DNA from: Bugula neritina | Taxonomy: Eukaryota > Animalia > Bryozoa | Reading direction: 5' to 3' | Assembly (NCBI GenBank): GCA_964035545.1 | Contig: OZ037771.1 | Coordinates: 13,205,133-13,269,132, forward strand | Length of the DNA stretch: 64,000 nucleotides | The notes under the pieces: model-generated | Told to the model about the DNA's origin: nothing | Databases searched by the model: none | The model's input: the letters and a program-made list of their open reading frames with translations, nothing else | Position numbers and translations under genes: made by a program | In this document: in pieces, positions 49,801-63,758 of the stretch | Layout: every line of letters starts with the position of its first letter | How positions within the stretch are numbered: position 1 is the stretch's first letter

Positions 49801-52800
49801 TGATGGCCTAAGCCCTAAACACACTAATTGTGCAGTTATATATATGCTACTTCACTTGTTGACCAATTATCTGTTAGCAAATACTCCTTTAATAAGATTG
49901 TATTCAATTGTTCGTGCCAATGCTAATTCTATACCTACAATCCAATGTATTATGGATTTTGCTGTTGTATTTTAGTATATATGATTTGTTTATACTTTTA
50001 CAGTTAAATTTAATATAATTGCATTATTTTGTTCTTATTTATGACTCAGTGAACGATGATCTTTAGTTGTAATCGTTTGATGAATTCAGAAATAATTAAA
50101 AATATAATTCCATGATTTCTTCTACTGCCACCTCACTCATTGACATCTCCTTCCAGGTTAGATATCAGGGAAGAATATCCATAGCTGAGAGGTCCAAGTC
50201 TGGCGATTTTATAGACAGTTGGCTGTTGAATAGACAGAGCAGGTTACTCCAATCAGAGGTTGGTATATGCAGTGGGCGTGGCTTCTAAACGCTGTCAAAG
50301 TCAGCATTGTCAGATGCCAGAAAATGTATTAATTTTTTACCAAGTTTTGTATTTTTATTCGAAAGAGGTTTAATATAATTTGATGTACAGTTGAATGTTT
50401 CTATCATCTACTGTAGTAACGACACACTGTAGTAACAACATTCTGTAGTAACTGCACACTGTAGTAACAATATACTGTAGTAACAACACACTGTAGTAAC
50501 TACATACTGTGGTAATTGTGTTGAATTGTTTAAAGACCTCTAATTTGAAGTGGGAGACAATTTTGTATAAAATTCAAGTTTTTTTGTAAATAAAATTTGT
50601 GTCTATTTGTTCCGAACACATGAGGTCAAGGTCATTATGGGCTGTGAAGTAACTTTCTTATCACTAAACAAGTAATAGCCTATGTATTGATAATAAAGTG
50701 TATAACAAACAATGATAGGAATGGATAGATTCTTGTACTCTGATGTATGCAGTGTATGCAGTGAATAAGAAGGTATGAGAGATATAATACAGTGCTGTAC
50801 TCAATATACAGAACTATACATACAGAGAGATGTAATATCCATACAGGTTAGCAAGAAAGGCTCGTATCTGGAGCTACAGTCCACCAGACTTAGACACGCT
50901 AGTGACAATGCTAGGCAGAGAGCTAGCACATCGGGGGCGAGTGACGACCACCCTCAATCTGAGTCTGGATCCGGTAGGGTACGCAGGCTAAGTGAAGGAA
51001 GTGACAGAGAAAGACATGACAGCGAAAATAGTATGAAATCGGCTAGTGCTGGGAGCAATCGGAGCATCCGGAGTGACAGGAGTGATGATAATTTATATAC
51101 TCCGGACAGTGGTGAGTTTACAACACTACAGTGTATACAACACTACAGTGTGTACAACACTACAGTGTGTACAACACTACAGTGTATACAACACTACAGT
51201 GTATACAACACTACAGTGTGTACAACACTACAGTGTGTACAACACTACAGTGTGTACAACACTACAGTGTGTACAACACTACAGTGTATACAACACTACA
51301 GTGTACAACACTACAGTGTATACAACACTACAGTGTATATGACACTACAGTGTGTACAACACTACAGTGTATACAACACTACAGTGTGTACAACACTACA
51401 GTGTGTACAACACTACAGTGTATACAACACTACAGTGTGTACAACACTACAGTGTGTACAACACTACAGTGTATACAACACTACAGTGTACAACACTACA
51501 GTGTATACAACACTACAGTGTATACAACACTACAGTGTATACAACACTACAGTATATACAATACTACAGTATATACAACACTACAGTGTGTACAACACAT
51601 TACCTGCTACCAACAGGTATATTCGATGGAGAAGACAGCATCAGTCGCCAAGTTTCCTCAACCAGCTCCAACTCCGTGATGTCAGACATCTTTGATGAGG
51701 TGGACATGAGGGAAGGCAGACGGTCTACATTGATCTCTACTCACGACACTAACAAGACCATGTTGCTACAGGTAAGTGTATTTATTCTACCAGTCAGTAT
51801 ATTCTACAGGTGTTATACAGGTGCTCTTGTTGGCCCCATCCTTTCACCTGTCACAGACTCTACAGTATAACGTAGTTTGTAGTGTGTCACTGGATGTTAT
51901 TTGGACTAAACATATTCTGTTATCCTCATATCAGAGTGGGAAAGAAGTTGCCTTTTTTGTTAGAGGAAGTCGCGTGACTTGTTTTTTTTAAAATTAGTTT
52001 GGAGACAAACATGGAAGAAAAGTCTTTCTAATCCATTTACAATTAGAATATTGTTGATGATTACTGAGCATTTTTTGCCTCTTAATATTGTTTATTGTCT
52101 GTAAAATGTCTGAAATCCACTCACTCTAACAAACCGCCATAAAGATGTGATCACATCATGAAAATAGATTTCATTATTTATATGGACAGAGGTGTATAAT
52201 GTGTTTATTATGTAAGGCCATTATCATCTCCCTACATTGTAAAGTGTATGTTTATCATGATACTATATCAGTTGAGTTGAAATGTGTCAAACATTGTAAA
52301 TATACAAGGAAGTACAGCAAAGGGAAGTGCTAGGTGATGGGTTATCTTATGTAAAGTACTATAACGTAGCTGTGTACTCCACTATACTTTACTATAACTT
52401 CACTATAACTCCACTGTAACTTTACTGTAACTATCACTATAACTACTATAACTTCACTGTAACTTCACTATAACTACTATAACTCCACTATAACTTCACT
52501 ATAACTACTATAACTTCACTATAACTTCACTATAACTACTATAACTACTATAACTTCACTATAACTACTATAACTTCACTATAACTTCACTATAACTACT
52601 ATAACTTCACTATAACTTCACTATAACTACTATAACTACTATAACTTCACTATAACTACTATAACTTCACTATAACTACTATAACTTCACTATATACGTG
52701 TTGTAGATTGATGATGAGAAGACCTCCATAATCAGTTTGGATAAGAAATCTATAATACTAGAGAAAACTCACAAAGAGATATCTTATTGTACTCAGGTGA

Positions 52801-55800
52801 GAGTTGTGTCCCACCTGTAGTGTGTTATATGTGATAGCCTGTGGTCTCTCCCAAATATGACGTATTATAGAGGGTGGCCTCTGGGGTGCCCTGCACGTGA
52901 TGCTAGCTTGTGTTCTGGAATAGATTATATGCGAATTTGTTCTCATTATTCATACATTCAATGTCACTTGTTCATTCAATCTACATGTCACTACTTCTAT
53001 TTATTATTTACTATTCAAAAAATTTAGCTTTTATTTAACTTTAAATTTGCTATGTCAACTTTTATATACTTTATGCTTATTAAGCTTAACACATGCTGGA
53101 TAGCAAAGACTGCACTGATACATATACTGATACATATACTGACACACATATACTGATACATATACTGATACATATACTGATACATATACTGATACATATA
53201 CTGACACATATACTGACACATATACTGATACATATACTGATACATATACTGATACATATACTGATACATATACTGACACATATACTGATACATATACCGA
53301 TACATATACTGATACATATACTGATACATATACTGATACATATACTGACACATATACTGATACATATACTGATACATATACTGATACATATACTGACACA
53401 TATACTGATACATATACTGACACATATACTGATACATATACTGATACATATACTGATACATATACTGACACATATACTGATACATATACTGACACATATA
53501 CTGATACATATACTGATACATATACTGACACATATACTGATACTTTATTTTACGCCTGTATACGTCACAATTCTATTGTAGGGAAAGAAATTTATTGACC
53601 ATTTTGGTTTCATTTGCTGTGATAGTCAAGCTAAGAAAGATGGAAAGAAAAATGTATACTTCATGTATATTTTTCAGGTATATTTATAATATAACTTATT
53701 CTTCTCTATATCAGAGTAAGTGAGTAGGGAAAGAGTTAAGATTAAGAGTTATCTGCACATGTAACTTGTTTTTGTTGGATGTAGTACACAGCAGTTAGCT
53801 GTGCTCCAAGCTGCATATACATATATTACAAAGGGGGTGGGGGGTGGGGCGAGAGAATGAGGGGCGAGGCCCTCTAATATGAGGCTCATTCAACATTTAA
53901 ATGAATTTTTGTATGAAAAATTGTATTATAATAATAGAAGGTAAATAAAAACTAAACATCATTAATAATATTATGCAGCTATTTTCTTAGTTTCATGTAG
54001 TATATGGCGTATTGTGATATATATCGTTGTCGTATGACTGTTGCCAGTGCGCGTCAGATTACGTCATCAACGAGGTGATGGACACGCTAAGGAACGCCTT
54101 CACGGCTGTCCACAAACGTAACATAGAGATGCAGAGCTGTGACAGCTGCCCCATGCAGCAGTATCACAGACTGTGCGAGGACTTGTCGGCCATTAAGGAC
54201 AGTGAGAGTGCCTACAACTGCGTGCAGAACCACATACAGCATCTTCCCATGGCGGACTACTCGGAACTCATGAATAAAGTGAAGAGTGAGCAGTGCACGA
54301 CTCACGAGGAAGCTAACGACGTGCTGATGACTAAACTACGCATCATGTGTGAGCTGAGACAGATGGACCACACACATGGCAAAGATTCAGACGTGAGTTT
54401 CTTCTGTCTACTGACTACTGGTCACTATATACTGACTACTATGTACTAGTTACTATCTACTGACTACTAGTTACTATATACTAACTACTGGGTACTGATT
54501 ACTATGTACTGACTGTTAAGTACTTCACTGAATACTAAATACTGACCGACTATTAGACGTTGAGCACAGCATCTAAAACTCAGTACTGATCACTTACAAC
54601 TTGTTACTCCCAACCTTGCTCTATCTACAATGTCACAGTGACTGAGTAATCTTTCTTTGCTTTTAGTTTAACTTTATCAACAACAGACAATCAAAACTTA
54701 ATCTATTTGGAAACAAAGCGAAAAAGGCTTTCACTTTTGATATGTTTAAGGTATGTATGTGTTATTTTATTTATTTAAGTTATATAGTATCATGTAAACC
54801 TGCCATTAGCTCTAATCATATAACAATAGCTTTCCAAAATATATTTGTATGATTACTTATAATTTGCAGTCTTAAACAATAGTGACACTGCTCAATAGTG
54901 ACACTCACTCATACAATCACCTGCTCAGTAGTGTCACTCACTCATGCCAGCGCCTGCTCAATAGTATCACTCACTCATGCCAGCACCTGCTCAATAGTAT
55001 CACTCACTCATACAATCACCTGCTCAGTAGTGTCACTCACTCATGCCAGCACCTGCTCAATAGTGTCAATTTATTTTTAGCACAAACATCAAAGTAGCAA
55101 AGATGAAGGAGAGTCCAGAGCTAAGGCAGTAGTTATACCTATTATTGATCTCTCCGTAAGTTGCATATTCCACATTCTATTATAATGATTGAAATTTTGT
55201 GGAGCTCTTTGCTGTGAAGTTGCTGTTGTTGTGTTGCAGTCAGATCTGTAGCACATGCGAGTAAAACTTTGGTTGTCTTATGACACAAAGTTTATGAGCA
55301 ACTGGTAAATTGACTGACTCACCACCTTTTGGAGTGTGCCAAGTCAGTATTCAGTCTGAGTGTAGTATTGGTGTTGTAGTATTTGTTTTTACCATCTTCA
55401 GTCTCAACTCTGTGACAAATTAATAACTAAAACACTAACGGCCGCTTATCTTCAGTGTCTTCTCTATTCCCAATATCAACTCCGCACTAACCCCCCCCCC
55501 TCCCCGTCAATATATGAAGTTGTGACAAAGTTCCAGCTCTCAGGTTAGCCTTTTAACTCTTCCAGGAACTGACAAATCAGGAGCTCCCGTCTCCCGCTCC
55601 ATCTCCCACAGCCAAGGTGACGTTTTCCACATCCGACTCCAGCAGCGACTTGCCGAGTGGCGGCAGACCCCGTTCCCGCACTGCAGGTGTGTGTAAATAA
55701 ATGTCTTTTAAATTATATTGTGTTGTCAGCAAGAATTGAGGCTTTAAAATTTATTTGATGATTGATGCTCAGTCTGTCATTATATTGAACTGTGTCATAC

Positions 55801-58800
55801 TTTCCATACTGGTATACTCAATGACTATATTACCATATTACTATATTACTGTATTACTATATTACCATATTACTATATCCTTTATTGTGTTACTAGACCA
55901 TTCACTTTACTGTCACACCATTCTGTAGGCTCGATAACACCATTAGATGTGGAGAAGCAAAGTCTACTCCAGAAACTGACCAGTATGGGCCAAAGTCTAG
56001 AAGAAGCCTTCAGGGGAGAGAAGAGTAGCTCTCCAGAAAAGAGCAAGTGAGTGGCTCTGAGACCATGTTAGTCACACATGACTAGTAGTGTTTGCTGGTG
56101 TTGTTGGCGTGACATGCTGTGACAATATTTAGAGTGATGAAAAAAACTCAAGCAAGTTTATAGTCACCATCTCTGTGAGAAAACCCGTGATGGAAGGAGT
56201 TTTTTGTTAAATCGGGCTAAGGACTTATTCAGATGTGACACAGGAGCAATTATGACTAGATGCTCTTCCTAACATCATCAATGGCCTTTGTTGGGGTTCG
56301 AACCCATGACTTCGTGCTTACTAAAAAAACCGCTCTATAACCCCTAGACCACGGCTGCTCCCTTAAAGTGATAAATAAGAAAGTTTCTTCCATCATATTG
56401 AACTGATTTCAATGGTAACATCCTATTTGTTTAGTTTTGCCTCACTGGCTGTGAGAAAGGTGAGCATGCCGGCGTTCAGTGCTATTCACTCCAGTCCCGA
56501 CTTCCAGCGACTCAACGACTCAACTCCGGGCGGCGAGAAGAAGCACAGGAGGATGAGTTCGTGGAGACGAGACATCTTTGAGAGTGTAGTTACTACCCCT
56601 TCTAAAACTAAGCGGGTATGTTAGCATAGTTACTACCCCTTCTAGGACCAAGCGAGTATGTTCTTATAGGTACTACCCCTTCTAAAACCAAACGGGTATG
56701 TCGTCCTAGTTACTACCCCCTTTTAAGATCAAACAAGTATGTTGTCATAGTTACTACCCCTTCTAAAACCAAGCGGGTACATTGTCAGGGTTACTACCCC
56801 TTCTAAAACCAAGCGTATGTTGTCATAGTTACTACCCTCTTCTAAAACCTAACGGGTATGTCGTCATAGTTACTACCCCCTTCTAAGACCAAACAAGTAT
56901 GTTGTCATAGGTACTACCCCTTCTAATACTAAATAATGGTGGCTGTAGTTAATACCCATCAATGATCTGTCGTTCCTTTACTCGGATCAATGCATAACTG
57001 ACTCTGATGTAGAACGCAATAGTTGAGTTGGAGGTGAAGAGATCAATGGGAAAGAAAGAGGTGCGGGGCATGTGGCGGTCGGCCATTGAACAAACTATTC
57101 TCCTCAACAGAATGGAGAAAGAGAACCAGAATCTGAGAGGTAAACTCTTGCCTTGCATTTGAGAGACGTTTGGTGATTGGCTGATATTTAGTCCACTATC
57201 TGATCAGCTGTGTATACCAGTGTTCTATATGCTGGGATGTAGCAATGAGTGCTGCTAATATAAATAAAAACGGAATTCTTATGCCTGTTTAAATGTTTTG
57301 TCAACAAAGCTTATTGAGAGCTCGTAATGTGTTCAAATTCTGTTGGAGATATATTGCACATGTTTAAACATGGAATTGTCAACCCAACACTTTATTGAAA
57401 ATCTGTTATTTGCCAAGACTCTAGTGGATCTAATGCAGCCAAATATTGTGCCAAGTCAGGTAGCCATATGAGTAAACACTTGAAGCACACTGAAAGGTGT
57501 GCAGTAGTCTTCCACTCAGGCAGCCAATAAAAATTGTTAATTTTAATACTGCCATGCTGTACACACTGCAAAGTTTTTCTTTGTTTATATTATTGTGAAA
57601 TAAAATAAATTTATTATTGGTGTTCTAGGGGATGCAGAAATGTACTGTTTTAAATCGCATTCTTGTTTCTAATTGGAAACTATTTGTGTTTTGCAGTTGA
57701 ACATAAAACTTCTTCTTGCTATAATTTTGTGAGTGTGGAGTTGTCTTCCATGAGTAACTGGTGGGAAATCTGCATACAGGGTTGTTTGTTCACAGAACAC
57801 GAGCAGAAAATGGAAGAGAAGAGATCTCAGCTCAGCTATGAAGAGGTCACGCCGTGTAAAGAGGAAGTTGTGACTCGTTGGAGGTCATTGCTCGGCAAAT
57901 TGAGATCCGACTCGTCTTCTTCCGTGCAGAAAGTGGATCTGTGGTCTCTGGTTAAAGAAGGTAGTCATGTGACAGCATGTGATGGCATGTGACAGTATGT
58001 GATAGCATGTGACATCATGTGACAGTATGTGATATCACGTGACAGCACGTGATAGCATGTGACAGTGTGTAGTAGCATGTGATAGCACGTGATAGCATGT
58101 GACATCATGTGATATTATGTGATAGCATGTGACAGTATGTGATATTATGTGATAGCATGTGACAGTATGTGGTAGCACGTGATGGCACGTGATAGCATGT
58201 GACATCATGTGACATCATGTGATATTATGTGATAGCATGTGACAGCATGTGACAGTATGTGATATCACGTGACAGCACGTGATAGCATGTGACAGTGTGT
58301 AGTAGCATGTGATAGCACGTGATAGCATGTGACATCATGTGATATTATGTGATAGCATGTGACAGTATGTGGTAGCACGTGATAGCACGTGATAGCATGT
58401 GACATCATGTGATATTATGTGATAGCATGTGACAGTATGTGGTAGCATGTGATAGCACGTGATAGCATGTGACATCATGTGATATTATGTGATAGTATGT
58501 GACAGTATGTGATGGCATGTAATAACATGTGACATCATGTGACCACATATGGTAGAATGTGACAGTATGTGACATCATGTGATGGAATGTGACAGCATGT
58601 GACACGTGACAACATATGACATCGTGTAACAACATGAGACAGCATGTGACAACATATTGCATCATGTGACATTGTGTGACAGCATGTGACGGTATGTGAC
58701 AGTATCTGATAGCATGTGATGGCATTTGGCAGTATTTTGCCTGCTGCTTTCAACGTGATCCACAGCATGTAAAATTGACTTTATAATAAGAGATGCTGTT

Positions 58801-61800
58801 TTATTGTAAAACATATGCATGCAATTATTGTGTAATAAATGAACAGCCATATGTTCTTCTGCATGGTGTGAGCTGCTATACATATATAAGCTGCCTTTAT
58901 TTCTGTTGGCTGCAGTGATTATTCGCAAATATCACAATTTTATTTTCTCCAATGTGAGGTTTTGTTAATTTTCAAATGTTTAGCTTTGCATTGATCATCA
59001 GTTTTGTTATGTTACTAATGATAGGTCCGGCTAGCCTAAGAGAAATGGTTAGAAGGGGTAGGTGGTGACGGGTGATTGTTTTACTGGAAATCAGGCTAAT
59101 TGCTCACAGCTTGTTAATACTTATTTTAATTTCGCCAGTCGAACCCTTAGTATGATGCTGCTGTATGGGGAATTATGAGAAGCGATGTTTCTTTTAGTGA
59201 TGCGGAATAATCTTTCTCATGGCGTATGGATACAATAATAGCTGCAGTTTCCAAACAAATTTCAAGCTGTATAATTTGGTTATGATAAGTAACAGTTGTG
59301 CTAATTAACTAAGCTGCTCTGTGACTTGGTATACGGAGACTTGACACATGGACTTGACACAGACTTGATTTATAGACTTGACTTGGCTTGACACCTGGAA
59401 ACGCAATAGAGAGACAATGACTTAATGACTTGTCACGCAGAATTAAATCAGAACTTAATACAAAAGTTGTGGACACAAAATGGGACTAGATATATGATGA
59501 TTTTAACTAAGCCATTATGACACACTTCCAGTAATTTAGCTTCTGTTTGCTCAGGTTTCCAGGTGGTTGCAGGTTCTCAGGTGACTGTTGCAGGTGTTCC
59601 CAGAGCCAAGAGGGGAGACATATGGAAACTTCTGGCAAGACAGTATAACATAAACAATAAGGGGCTGAACACACAGGCAGAGGAGAGACCTCCAGATATG
59701 CCGGGATACAAGGAGCTTCTCAGGGGACTTACTCCTCACCAGCATGCTATACTCATTGACCTTGGTATGACCTTCCTACTCTGGACTCTCACAGTATGAC
59801 CTTGGTAGTCTATACTTTCAGAGTATAGCCTCAGAGTATCACCTTGGTAATATTCTTGACGTTGCGTGTTGTAGGTCGCACGTTCCCCCAACACGACTAT
59901 TTTAAGATGCAGCTGGGAGCTGGCCAGCTGGCGCTGTTCAACATACTGAAGGCGTACTCTCTGGTTGACACGGAGGTCGGCTACTGTCAGGGACTCGGCT
60001 TCGTAGCTGGAATATTACTGATGCACGTGAGTTATCGGTCTCGGTAGGTGTGTCTCGGTGGGTGTGTCTCAGTGGGTGTGTCTTGGTAGGTGTGTCTCGG
60101 TGGGTGTGTCTCGGTGGGTGTGTCTCGGTGGGTGTGTCCCGGTGGGTGTGTCTTAGTCTGTCAAACTGTTGCTGTGATTTAATCTAACCTTTTATTTAAA
60201 ATAATTTATTTTAAAAAATATAAATTATTTTTATCAACTGGGACAGAATCTAGTTTTCAATTTAAAAACCAAATGTATTCAAATAATTTTTTGCCTAATC
60301 ATAATAGACAGTGGAATAACAAGTTTAATAATATGATTTGCTTTTGTAAAGGTTATTGGAAAACGTCGTTTCTGCCATAAAAGCTTACATTTACACATAG
60401 GGTTACTTTATTTCATGCGTATTTTATTGGCGTTGAATGTCGTTTTGTACAACAGTAAATGTTGAGTTTCTAAAATAACTTAGCGAGATTTGAGTCGCCA
60501 GTCTGGTTGTAGATCGGGGAGGAGGAGTCCTTCGAGTTGCTGTGTCACCTGATGTATGATCTCGGGCTACGTAAGATCTACAAGCCAAACATGGCCGGTC
60601 TGCAAGTCTCCATGTACCAGTTGGCCAGACTGATGAAGTAAGTCAAGTTATACTAGTGTAAGTGTACAGGCAGTGTAAGTACAGGCAGTGTAAGTGTAGA
60701 CAGTGTAAGTGCAATGTAAGTGCAGACAGTGTAAGTGTACAGGCAGTGTAAGTACAGACAGTGTAAGTACAGTGTGAGTGTAGATAGTGTAAGTACAGTG
60801 TAAGTATAGACAGTGTAAGTGTAGACAGTGTAAGTGTAGACAGTGTAAGTACAGACAGTGTAAGTGTACAGACAGTGTAAGTGTACACAGTGTTAAGTGT
60901 ACAGACAGTGTAAGTACTCTATTTCTTGCAGGGACAGGTATTCATCTCTGTACGACCACCTGGAGGACCTGGAGGTCACACCTGTGCTGTACGCAGCTCC
61001 CTGGTTCATTACTCTCTTCTCATCTCAGTTCTCAGTGGGATTCGTCTCCCGTGTGTTTGGTAGGTCTTACTTAATGCTTGTTATATATGCAACTGTGGGA
61101 GATAACTCCATCTAACTAAATATGCAAACATGGGAGATAACCCCATCTAACTATATATGCAATTATGAGAGATAACTCCATATATATATGTAGATGTGGG
61201 AGATAACTCCATGCAATTATATATACAACTGTGGGAGATAACTCCATCTAACTATATATACAACTGTTGTGGAGTATTTCTACAGATTACACTTGTGTAT
61301 GTTTCTTCAGACTTCCTGTTCATGGAGGGTTACTCAGCTGTGTTCAAAATTGCGCTGTCGCTGCTCTCCACCCACGAGGAGGAGATTCTCTCGAGTGACA
61401 GCTTCGAGTCTGTCACAGAAACTCTCAAAAAGACTCTTCCCGAGATGTCAGCAGACAAAATGGAGACCGTCTTTGAAAAAGTATGAAATTCACTTGACTC
61501 TGTTATACTCTGTATTACTATACTCTGTTATACACTGTATTACTATACTGTGTTATACTCTGTATTACTATACTCTGTTATACTCTGTATTACTATACTA
61601 TGTTATACTCTGTATTACTATACTCTGTTATACACTGTATTACTCTACTCTGTTATACACTGTATTACTATACTCTGTTATACTCTGTATTACTATACTG
61701 TGTTATACACTGTATTACTCTACTCTGTTATACACTGTATTACTATACTCTGTTATACTCTGTATTACTATACTCTGTTATACTCTGTATTACTATACTC

Positions 61801-63758
61801 TGTTATACTCTGTATTACTATACTGTGTTATACACTGTATTACTATACTCTGTTATACTCTGTATTACTATACTCTGTTATACACTGTATTACTATACTC
61901 TGTTATACTCTGTATTACTATACTCTGTTATACTCTGTATTACTATACTCTTTTATACACTGTATTACTATACTCTGTTATACACTGTATTACTATACTC
62001 TGTTATACACTGTATTACTACACTCTGTTATACTCTGTATTACTATACTCTGTTATACTCTGTATTACTATACTCTGTTATACTCTGTATTACTATACTC
62101 TGTTATACTCTGTATTACTATACTCTGTTATACTCTGTATTACTATACTCTGTTATACTCTGTATTACTATACTCTGTTATACACTGTATTACTACACTC
62201 TGTTATACACTGTATTACTACACTCTGTTATACATTGTATTACTATACTCTGTTATACACTGTATTACTATACTCTGTTATACACTGTATTACTATACTC
62301 TGTTATACACTGTATTACTATACTCTGTTATACATGGCACAGAGTCTTACTGAATTAACCTAACACAAAGCCATGTGCATAGCAAACACTTATGCTATAA
62401 TATAAAAGGGTTCGCTGGTATACTGTGTATTATAATTGATGTAAACAGATTTTTGCCCTCTTATATTGAAGGCCATACATTTGCAGTACATATTTAAACT
62501 TTATTTTGTGAAACTAAGTTGTTCAATAATAGCAACTCTCAAAACCTGGTTTTGTGGGTGAAATTTTAAAAATCTTGATTTCTTCATCTTGTTATATTCT
62601 CTCGATGCGTAGGCCAACAGTTTAGATCTGGCCACTGACCTCTACACGTACGAGATAGAGTACGACGTGATGGAAGACGACAGCACGGTATGCAAGATGG
62701 AGCAGGCATACGCCAAACTTCTTGAGCAGAACACAGCTTTGTCCGAGAAAGTCAACACTCAGGCGCAGAAACTTCACAATCAGGTGAGACGTGAGCTCTC
62801 TGAAGTGAAGAGGGAGAAATCTCCCAGTTACACCCCTTAGACTTGAAGAGAAGCACATGCTGCTGATGTCAATGTGTAGAGCACATGTTGTCAGTGTCAA
62901 TGTGTAGAGCACATGCTGTTGGTGTCAATGTTTGGTTTGGTTTGGTTTATTTCATTTCATCAAAGGTATTTAATAACACAAGGACATTAGTAAATGCCAA
63001 GGAGGCGATGATGAGGCCCATTGCGCTATAGCCTAGCTAGTCATGCGCGGGCCAACACGAGCTGACAGCGACTCTATCCAGAAAAATACAAAAAAAATAC
63101 AACTATTCTAACAGATAAAGCCTCAACTTCCTCCCAAATTCATTAGGGTTGCTAATTGACCGTAAAGGGATTGTGTTGAGCACATGTTGGTGTCAATGTG
63201 TAGAGCACATGCTGTTGGTGTCAATGTGTAGAGCACATACTGTTGGTGTCAATGTGTAGAGCACATGTCAGTGTCAATGTGTAGAGTATATGCCGTCGGT
63301 GTCAATGTGTAGAGCACATGCTGTTGGTGTTAATGTGTAGAGCACATGTCAGTGTCAATGTGTAGAGCACATGTTGTTGGTGTCAATGTGTAGAGCACAT
63401 GCTGTTGGTGTCAATGTGTAGAGCACATGCTGTCGGTGTCAATGTGTAGAGTACATGCTGTTGGTGTCAATGTGTAGAGCGCATGCTGTCCGTATCAACA
63501 TTGAGTAATTAACAGAGGCTGTACAAATGCTGCTCTTTGTTATAGGAGATAATGATAGATGCCCTACAACAGTCACACACGAAGCTAAGTAAACGAGTCC
63601 GAGACATGGAGCTGGAGAGAGCTAAGCACCTCACTATGATAGATACACTCAAAGAGTTTGTACCTCAACACATGCTTCAGCAATTTACTTCAACCTTTTC
63701 TTCCTGTGGCAGCAGCGCCACCCACAACGGCAGCATTACTCATCAGTCTGTTGGTTAA
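43851..63758 (+). CDS. TBC1D1: TBC1D1/TBC1D4 (AS160/pollux)-type RabGAP with two PTB domains, TBC domain and C-terminal coiled coil; about 24 coding exons
   Basis: PTB-like exons ([12 protein letters not shown]; DHFGFIC; [32 protein letters not shown]), [32 protein letters not shown] and TBC motifs [37 protein letters not shown]. Confidence 0.92.
45880..46270. repeat. AT-rich degenerate repeat (TATAGTATA...)
   Basis: Visible; partly self-complementary. Confidence 0.75.
48655..49090. repeat. Two adjacent TG-rich minisatellites (~21 bp and ~42 bp)
   Basis: Visible. Confidence 0.8.
51119..51598. repeat. 17-bp minisatellite (CACTACAGTGTRTACAA)n filling almost all of intron 51112-51616
   Basis: Visible. 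Confidence 0.95.
52375..52694. repeat. (CTATAACTTCA/CTATAACTA)n ending just before the acceptor at ~52706
   Basis: Visible. Confidence 0.9.
53115..53542. repeat. 12-bp minisatellite (TGAYACATATAC)n
   Basis: Visible; explains the spurious YQYM and SVYV ORFs. Confidence 0.95.
54885..55066. repeat. ~33-bp minisatellite (CACCTGCTCAATAGTATCACTCACTCAT...)
   Basis: About 5 copies ending just before the acceptor at 55080. Confidence 0.85.
56146..56362 (-). mobile_element. tRNA-derived SINE copy 8
   Basis: Full-length family match. Confidence 0.88.
56587..56930 (+). repeat. ~40-bp minisatellite whose first unit is the exon end plus donor (TAGTTACTACCCCTTCTAAAACTAAGCGG|GTATGTT)
   Basis: About 9 copies; the first spans the 56615/56616 junction. 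Confidence 0.92.
57961..58722. repeat. 10-bp repeat (GTGAYAGCAT)n starting at a donor site
   Basis: Visible. Confidence 0.92.
60045..60152. repeat. 14-bp repeat (GGTGGGTGTGTCTC)n
   Basis: Visible, just downstream of the donor at ~60027. Confidence 0.88.
60638..60918 (+). repeat. (CAGTGTAAGT...)n array filling a TBC-domain intron
   Basis: Many GTAAGT units between the donor at 60638 and the acceptor at ~60930. Confidence 0.9.
61082..61270. repeat. ~33-bp minisatellite (TATGCAACTGTGGGAGATAACTCCATCTAACTA)
   Basis: About 5 copies. Confidence 0.8.
61497..62334. repeat. 25-bp minisatellite (TACTCTGTTATACWCTGTATTACTA)n
   Basis: Visible; explains the YYYTLL-type ORFs. Confidence 0.95.
62855..63490. 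repeat. 28-bp minisatellite (GTGTCAATGTGTAGAGCACATGCTGTTG)n interrupted by a LINE fragment
   Basis: Visible. Confidence 0.9.
62931..63172 (-). mobile_element. 5'-truncated non-LTR retrotransposon (CR1/L2-like) 3' end
   Basis: Minus strand reads [22 protein letters not shown], resembling a CR1/L2 ORF2 C-terminus, followed by a short 3' UTR and an (AAACC)n tail. Confidence 0.6.

Noticed and set aside
56587-56930. CRISPR-like array (also considered for the 28-, 30- and 33-bp arrays)
   Set aside because: Units are head-to-tail with no unique spacers, the context is a eukaryotic intron and there are no cas genes.
50775-62363. Long low-complexity ORFs ([37 protein letters not shown])
   Set aside because: They are stop-free frames of minisatellites within TBC1D introns.
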